DNA of 20,000 nucleotides, taken from IMG/VR virus record IMGVR_UViG_3300006467_001879; one strand, 5' to 3'. The notes under the pieces were generated by a model. That model ran no database searches. It was given only the letters and a program-made list of their open reading frames with translations, and was not told the origin of the DNA. Below, piece after piece: positions 16,078-20,000 of this stretch. Position 1 is the first letter of the stretch. Every line of letters starts with the position of its first letter. The position numbers were made by a program, and so were the translations under genes. This DNA is from an uncultured virus (IMG/VR IMGVR_UViG_3300006467_001879) (taxonomy: Duplodnaviria > Heunggongvirae > Uroviricota > Caudoviricetes).

Positions 16078-16497
16078 ATGGATACAGGAATTATTACAGA
16101 AATAGCGACACAAATTATGGGATATGTGAAAAGCCTTGATTGGGCTTTCATTCTCACTTTTATCATTATCGGATATGGTATCAACTCAGAAAAGTTCACC
16201 AATCAGATCAAGCAGAAAACCAATATTTCTTCCAAGCGAAGATACCGAACGGCATTGGTGGGGTTAGTCTATGCCGTGATTCTGTATTTCATTCGAGGAT
16301 ATGAAATTAAGCATATTGAAGTACTGTTTCAATCCTTCGTATTTGCCTTTGTTTTTCACAAACTCATTTTGGATGGTTTAGTCCGCTATATAACTGGTAA
16401 AAGAACGGATTACAAAACGCTAAAGGAAAATGAAACTTCAGAGAAGTTCCATCAGACCATTGAAAAAACAAAGCAAACTGATGAAAATGCGACTTAG
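16078..16497 (+). CDS. Multi-pass membrane protein, holin candidate (start revised from 15925)
   Basis: ATG at 16078, just after the upstream stop at 16066; three hydrophobic segments and a charged C-terminal tail. Confidence 0.55.
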   Translation: MDTGIITEIATQIMGYVKSLDWAFILTFIIIGYGINSEKFTNQIKQKTNISSKRRYRTALVGLVYAVILYFIRGYEIKHIEVLFQSFVFAFVFHKLILDGLVRYITGKRTDYKTLKENETSEKFHQTIEKTKQTDENAT

Positions 16498-16846
16498 CCA
16501 TGCAGTCTTGTTGCTTTGGCTGATGACCATAATAGGTTTTGTATGGTATTGGAGCTCAAAGGATAGGTCGGCTAATCTAAACCCCAATTACGAGCAAACC
16601 ATCAAGAAACTGGAACAGCAAAACGACAGCCTCTTAGCAATCAATCAAGGTTTGCAAGAGCAAATTGTTGAGCAACTGGAAAAACAAGAAGGCATAAAGG
16701 AAGAACTAAAAAAACGAAACAAGGATTTAAAACAACTCAAATACAGAAAAAGTGAAAAGATTAGGGCTATTGGTGATTATGATAATGATGAGCTGTATCG
16801 GTTTTTCGCAGAATTTGAAACCGACAGTTTACACCATTCAGAATGA
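16481..16846 (+). CDS. N-terminal TM plus coiled coil, i-spanin-like (start probably 16481 or 16487)
   Basis: AVLLLWLMTIIGFVWYW followed by a long heptad-rich region; 3' end overlaps the next gene by 95 nt. Confidence 0.55.
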   Translation: MKMRLSHAVLLLWLMTIIGFVWYWSSKDRSANLNPNYEQTIKKLEQQNDSLLAINQGLQEQIVEQLEKQEGIKEELKKRNKDLKQLKYRKSEKIRAIGDYDNDELYRFFAEFETDSLHHSE

Positions 16847-17183
16847 TACACTTTTCTGCTTTACAGTAAGTCAGGCAAAAGTAATTGCTATTGAACTGGA
16901 AGGCAAAAAGTATCTGGATAGCATTACAGTTGAGCAAAATACACAACTGGCTTTGCAAGATTCTTTGATTCAGCAGCAGGATTCAACTATTAAGTTGCTC
17001 CATAATCAAGCGATCAACTATCAAAGCATCATTACCAATAGTAAAGAGGTAAACAATGAGGTAAACCTGCAATTGGGCTATCTAAAAACAGAAGTGAAAC
17101 GACATAAACGAGATAAGATATTCCTAGGAACCGGGCTTGGAGTAAGCATTGGAATCATAGGAATCTTAGCCATACTTAATTAA
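16752..17183 (+). CDS. Exported coiled-coil protein with C-terminal TM, spanin-like partner
   Basis: GTG start; signal peptide MKRLGLLVIMIMMSCIGFSQ; Q-rich coiled coil; terminal IFLGTGLGVSIGIIGILAIL. Confidence 0.55.
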   Translation: MKRLGLLVIMIMMSCIGFSQNLKPTVYTIQNDTLFCFTVSQAKVIAIELEGKKYLDSITVEQNTQLALQDSLIQQQDSTIKLLHNQAINYQSIITNSKEVNNEVNLQLGYLKTEVKRHKRDKIFLGTGLGVSIGIIGILAILN

Positions 17184-17189
17184 AGAATT

Positions 17190-18530
17190 ATGAGTGCAAT
17201 TGGTGGATATAGCAGTGATGTAAACCTAAACGATTTAAACTATGTGGGTGATTTTCCGGTGGAAAATAGCCTCGGTGGTTTTGGTGTTACAACTGGTGGA
17301 ACAGATGACTATGTGTTAGAATTAGATCCTGCATTGAAAAATGCTTACCGACAAGGATTGAGCATTCAAGTGAAATTCAATCAAGGAAATACAGGTGTTT
17401 CCACAATCAATATTAATGGTAAAGGAGCGGTTCCAATAATGAAAGCTGTGAACGGTTTATTGGTGGACTTAGCAGCCGATGATTTGGGAACCATCAATCA
17501 TTATTTATTACTATTTGATGGGACTTGTTTTCAAGTAGTAGCCGGTCTAAAATCGAGTATTGAAACGGCATCGGAAACCGTTGAAGGAAAAGCGAGAGTT
17601 GCCACGATTGAAGAAGTCAATGCAGGAACAAGTAACTCAACTTTTGTTACCCCTCAAAAGCTTGCAAGCTATGTAGCTGATAAGGTAACAGGACTTTGGG
17701 AAAACAAAGGAACTATTGACTGCTCAACGAATCCTAATTATCCGGCAGCCTTAGCCGGAGATGCTTATACGGTAAGTGCCGGAGGTAAAATTGGTGGAGC
17801 TGCCGGAGAAGATGTTCAGGAAATGGATGTAATTGTTTGTTTAGTTGACAATGCCGGAGGTGATCAGGCAAGCGTTGGAGCTTCATGGAATGTGATTCAA
17901 AGCAATGTTTCGCAAGCAACCGAAACTATTGCAGGAATAATCAAAGTGGCTTCACAGGCTTTGGTTAATGGTGGAATAGATGATTTGAGTGCCATTACCC
18001 CTTTGAAACTGAAAACACTTTTGGATTCAAGACTGGCGACCGAAACACTTATCGGCTTAATTGAAATTGCTACTCAGGCAGAAACCGATTTAGGAGCTGA
18101 TAACCAAAGAGCTATTACGCCATTGAGATTGAAAACTCGATTGGATAATTACCTTAATAGGGAATCACTCCTTACCATCACGGCTGAACAGATAGGAACG
18201 ACCATGTATCATACACCGGGAAGAAATCGCTATTCAGTAGTAAATGGTAATATGATACTGATTAAAGACATTCGATTAAAACGTACCGGTGGAACTGGTT
18301 CTGTTGCTGCATGGGTAATGAATTTCCCAAAGCCTAATAACAGTCCAACTGGAGCTTTATCAGGGACTTTAACTAGTAATCAAGGTGAAACTTTCTTTTA
18401 CAACATTGATGGTAATGGAAGGGTATCAATATTTGGAAATTTTATAGATCCGAACGATGAATTGCTTTTCAATATTCATCCTTATATCGCCAAATACCCA
18501 ATTGAATACGATGCTACTTCACCTGCTTAA
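17190..18530 (+). CDS. Phage fibre/spike-like protein
   Basis: NTGVSTININGKGAVPI domain, three A[ST]ET..G....A[ST]......G......[VI]TP.[KR]L repeats resembling T4 gp34/gp12-type fibre repeats, and a beta-rich C-terminal tip. Confidence 0.8.
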   Translation: MSAIGGYSSDVNLNDLNYVGDFPVENSLGGFGVTTGGTDDYVLELDPALKNAYRQGLSIQVKFNQGNTGVSTININGKGAVPIMKAVNGLLVDLAADDLGTINHYLLLFDGTCFQVVAGLKSSIETASETVEGKARVATIEEVNAGTSNSTFVTPQKLASYVADKVTGLWENKGTIDCSTNPNYPAALAGDAYTVSAGGKIGGAAGEDVQEMDVIVCLVDNAGGDQASVGASWNVIQSNVSQATETIAGIIKVASQALVNGGIDDLSAITPLKLKTLLDSRLATETLIGLIEIATQAETDLGADNQRAITPLRLKTRLDNYLNRESLLTITAEQIGTTMYHTPGRNRYSVVNGNMILIKDIRLKRTGGTGSVAAWVMNFPKPNNSPTGALSGTLTSNQGETFFYNIDGNGRVSIFGNFIDPNDELLFNIHPYIAKYPIEYDATSPA

Positions 18531-18533
18531 ACG

Positions 18534-18869
18534 ATGACTATGGAACTATGGAAAATAATAACGCTGATTTTAGGAGCTACCGGATTTTGGAAGCTGCTTG
18601 AAATCCTTGTTCGCCTACGTACCGACAAAAAAGTGAAGTTAGCAGAGGCTATTAACCTGCATGCACAGGCAGAAAATCAGATTGTTGCAAATTGGATACA
18701 GTGGTCGCAAATGTTAGAAAAGAGAATCAAAGAATCGGAGGAACATACAGAAGCATTACAAAAAGTAATAGAGAACCAACGCAAACGCATCCAAGATTTG
18801 GAGAAAAAAGTGGTTCACATGGAAAAACAGAATAAGGAATTAATTAACGAGCTAAAACGCATAAAATAA
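18534..18869 (+). CDS. N-terminal TM plus coiled-coil protein (holin-like/phage membrane protein)
   Basis: IITLILGATGFW, followed by a long C-terminal coiled coil. Confidence 0.7.
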   Translation: MTMELWKIITLILGATGFWKLLEILVRLRTDKKVKLAEAINLHAQAENQIVANWIQWSQMLEKRIKESEEHTEALQKVIENQRKRIQDLEKKVVHMEKQNKELINELKRIK

Positions 18870-18876
18870 GTACGTC

Positions 18877-19026
18877 ATGAAGGAGAATAAAACAATGAAC
18901 ATCTTGTTTGCAACATTTATGGTATTGTCCATTGCAAACATTTCAATCAATCTTTTGAGAATGAAAAAGAGCTGCAAATGCCAAAGCGGTGAAAGCGGTG
19001 GTTGTAGTTGTCAAAAACAAGCATAA
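18877..19026 (+). CDS. Small membrane protein with Cys-rich tail, 49 aa (not in the ORF track)
   Basis: MKENKTMNILFATFMVLSIANISINLLRMKKSCKCQSGESGGCSCQKQA*; fills the gap between 18869 and 19030. Confidence 0.7.
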   Translation: MKENKTMNILFATFMVLSIANISINLLRMKKSCKCQSGESGGCSCQKQA

Positions 19027-19029
19027 TCA

Positions 19030-19566
19030 ATGGCAGTTCAGGTAGATAAAAAGGTAGTCTTTATGGGGGTTGGTATCCTTGTGGGTGTCATTGGTATTGC
19101 TATTGCAAGTCGTTGGCTTTACAAGAAATTGGATATTCAAACCAAGTTAAAGCTCCGTCAACTTCGACCTGAAGTAAGAAAGAAGGTCGAGAAGTTTCTT
19201 ATCAAAGCTCAAAAGGCAGGCATCCCACTTAAAGTCACCAGTGCTTACCGTGATTGTGAAGAGCAAAACAAACTCTATGCACAAGGACGAACAGCTCCCG
19301 GAGGAATTGTCACCAATGCCAAATGCGGACAGTCGGATCACAATGTAGGAGTAGCAATAGATATTGTTCCTATTGTGGATGGACGAGCGAATTACAAAGT
19401 GCCTGAATCGGTATGGAATACCCTTGGAGTTATTGGTGAAAGTGTTGGTCTTTCCTGGGGAGGTCGATGGACTTCTTTTAAAGACCGTCCACATTTTTAC
19501 GACCGAGGTGGTAAATCCATTGCACAGCTTTGGACTGAACAACAAAACTTAGCAAACCTAGCATAA
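19030..19566 (+). CDS. M15-family (CwlK/Ply500-like) peptidoglycan endopeptidase with N-terminal TM
   Basis: SAYR..EEQ..LYAQGRT, SDHNVGVAIDI and WGGRW..FKDRPHF motifs. Confidence 0.92.
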   Translation: MAVQVDKKVVFMGVGILVGVIGIAIASRWLYKKLDIQTKLKLRQLRPEVRKKVEKFLIKAQKAGIPLKVTSAYRDCEEQNKLYAQGRTAPGGIVTNAKCGQSDHNVGVAIDIVPIVDGRANYKVPESVWNTLGVIGESVGLSWGGRWTSFKDRPHFYDRGGKSIAQLWTEQQNLANLA

Positions 19567-20000
19567 TGAGCGAAGCAACCAGAGTACATAAAAACGCCTA
19601 TCGAAATGGCAATGCCTCTTCCATGTTGGATTATTTGGAAGAGTTAATACTGATTCAAAGTGGTGAAAACGGAAGGCTAACCATTCCTGAAACAGAGCAA
19701 GGTTATGAAGACCTGACTGTTTCTGATGCGGAAGTGGCTCAATTAAGTGTTCCTGAAAATGCTATTTCAGCAACTATTTCCATTGAAGCCGATACAAGTG
19801 TAACGGATAAAATAAGAGTGATTCGTTTCAAAGAAAACGGTAGCAATCCAAGTGCAAATTCCGGTATTGCTTTAGGCGATAACGACCTTTATGAAATTAC
19901 CGGTCGATGGAATTTAGAAAGCTTTCGAGTTATCGGAGTTGAGGCAGGGAAAAGCCATGTTTTAAGAGTGCAATATTATCAATCTCCAAATAACACATGA
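19566..20000 (+). CDS. Beta-rich hypothetical protein (possible single jelly-roll vertex/spike protein)
   Basis: GYEDLTVS...VP..A.SATISIE...IRFKENG.NPS...GI.L...LRVQYY pattern; TAATG coupling; stop at 19998-20000. Confidence 0.6.
   Translation: MSEATRVHKNAYRNGNASSMLDYLEELILIQSGENGRLTIPETEQGYEDLTVSDAEVAQLSVPENAISATISIEADTSVTDKIRVIRFKENGSNPSANSGIALGDNDLYEITGRWNLESFRVIGVEAGKSHVLRVQYYQSPNNT

Larger units (their letters stand above)
6840..20000 (+). mobile_element. Putative structural/lysis module of a tailless, membrane-containing provirus or virus-derived particle system (probably continues past the window)
   Basis: 25 co-directional, closely packed ORFs, 19 with hydrophobic anchors. Includes two PG hydrolases, holin/spanin-like genes, a fibre with phage repeats and beta-sandwich proteins. 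No recognisable Caudoviricetes head-tail genes. Confidence 0.65.

Noticed and set aside
13966..16480. ORF-track starts at 13966, 15925 and 16430
   Set aside because: They create long overlaps with upstream genes. Downstream ATGs at 14020, 16078 and 16481/16487 fit operon spacing and put the TM at the N-terminus.
6840..20000. Interpretation as a conjugative (Tra/T4SS), T6SS/eCIS or tailocin locus
   Set aside because: No VirB4/TraG ATPase, relaxase, sheath, tube, baseplate or VgrG motifs are recognisable in the window.

Overview
AT-rich window that looks like Bacteroidota DNA (no Shine-Dalgarno motifs, A-rich translation initiation regions, a TAnnTTTG promoter element). It has two divergently transcribed halves. 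Left (1-6440): an anti-phage defence cluster, with the 3' end of a UvrD/GajB-like helicase on + and a tightly coupled five-gene minus-strand operon (AbiEi-like antitoxin, AbiEii toxin, GmrSD-type DUF262/DUF1524 nuclease, DUF2779 Cas4-like/DEDD protein, Cys-rich hypothetical). The operon is preceded by three palindromic operator-like units at an exact 46-bp period. Right (6840-20000, probably continuing): a co-directional cluster of 25 mostly small genes, 19 of which carry predicted membrane anchors. It includes a capsid-like beta-sandwich protein, a paralogue of it with a YVTN beta-propeller inserted in the fold, several proteins with an acidic leader/basic tract/C-terminal TM layout, an HExxH metalloprotease, an annexin-like protein, SH3b and PG-binding proteins, an amidase, an M15 peptidase, holin/spanin-like genes and a fibre protein. 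No terminase, portal, HK97 capsid or tail tube is recognisable. I infer the structural module of a tailless, membrane-containing provirus or a derived particle system. All family calls come from motif recognition by eye, not from database searches.
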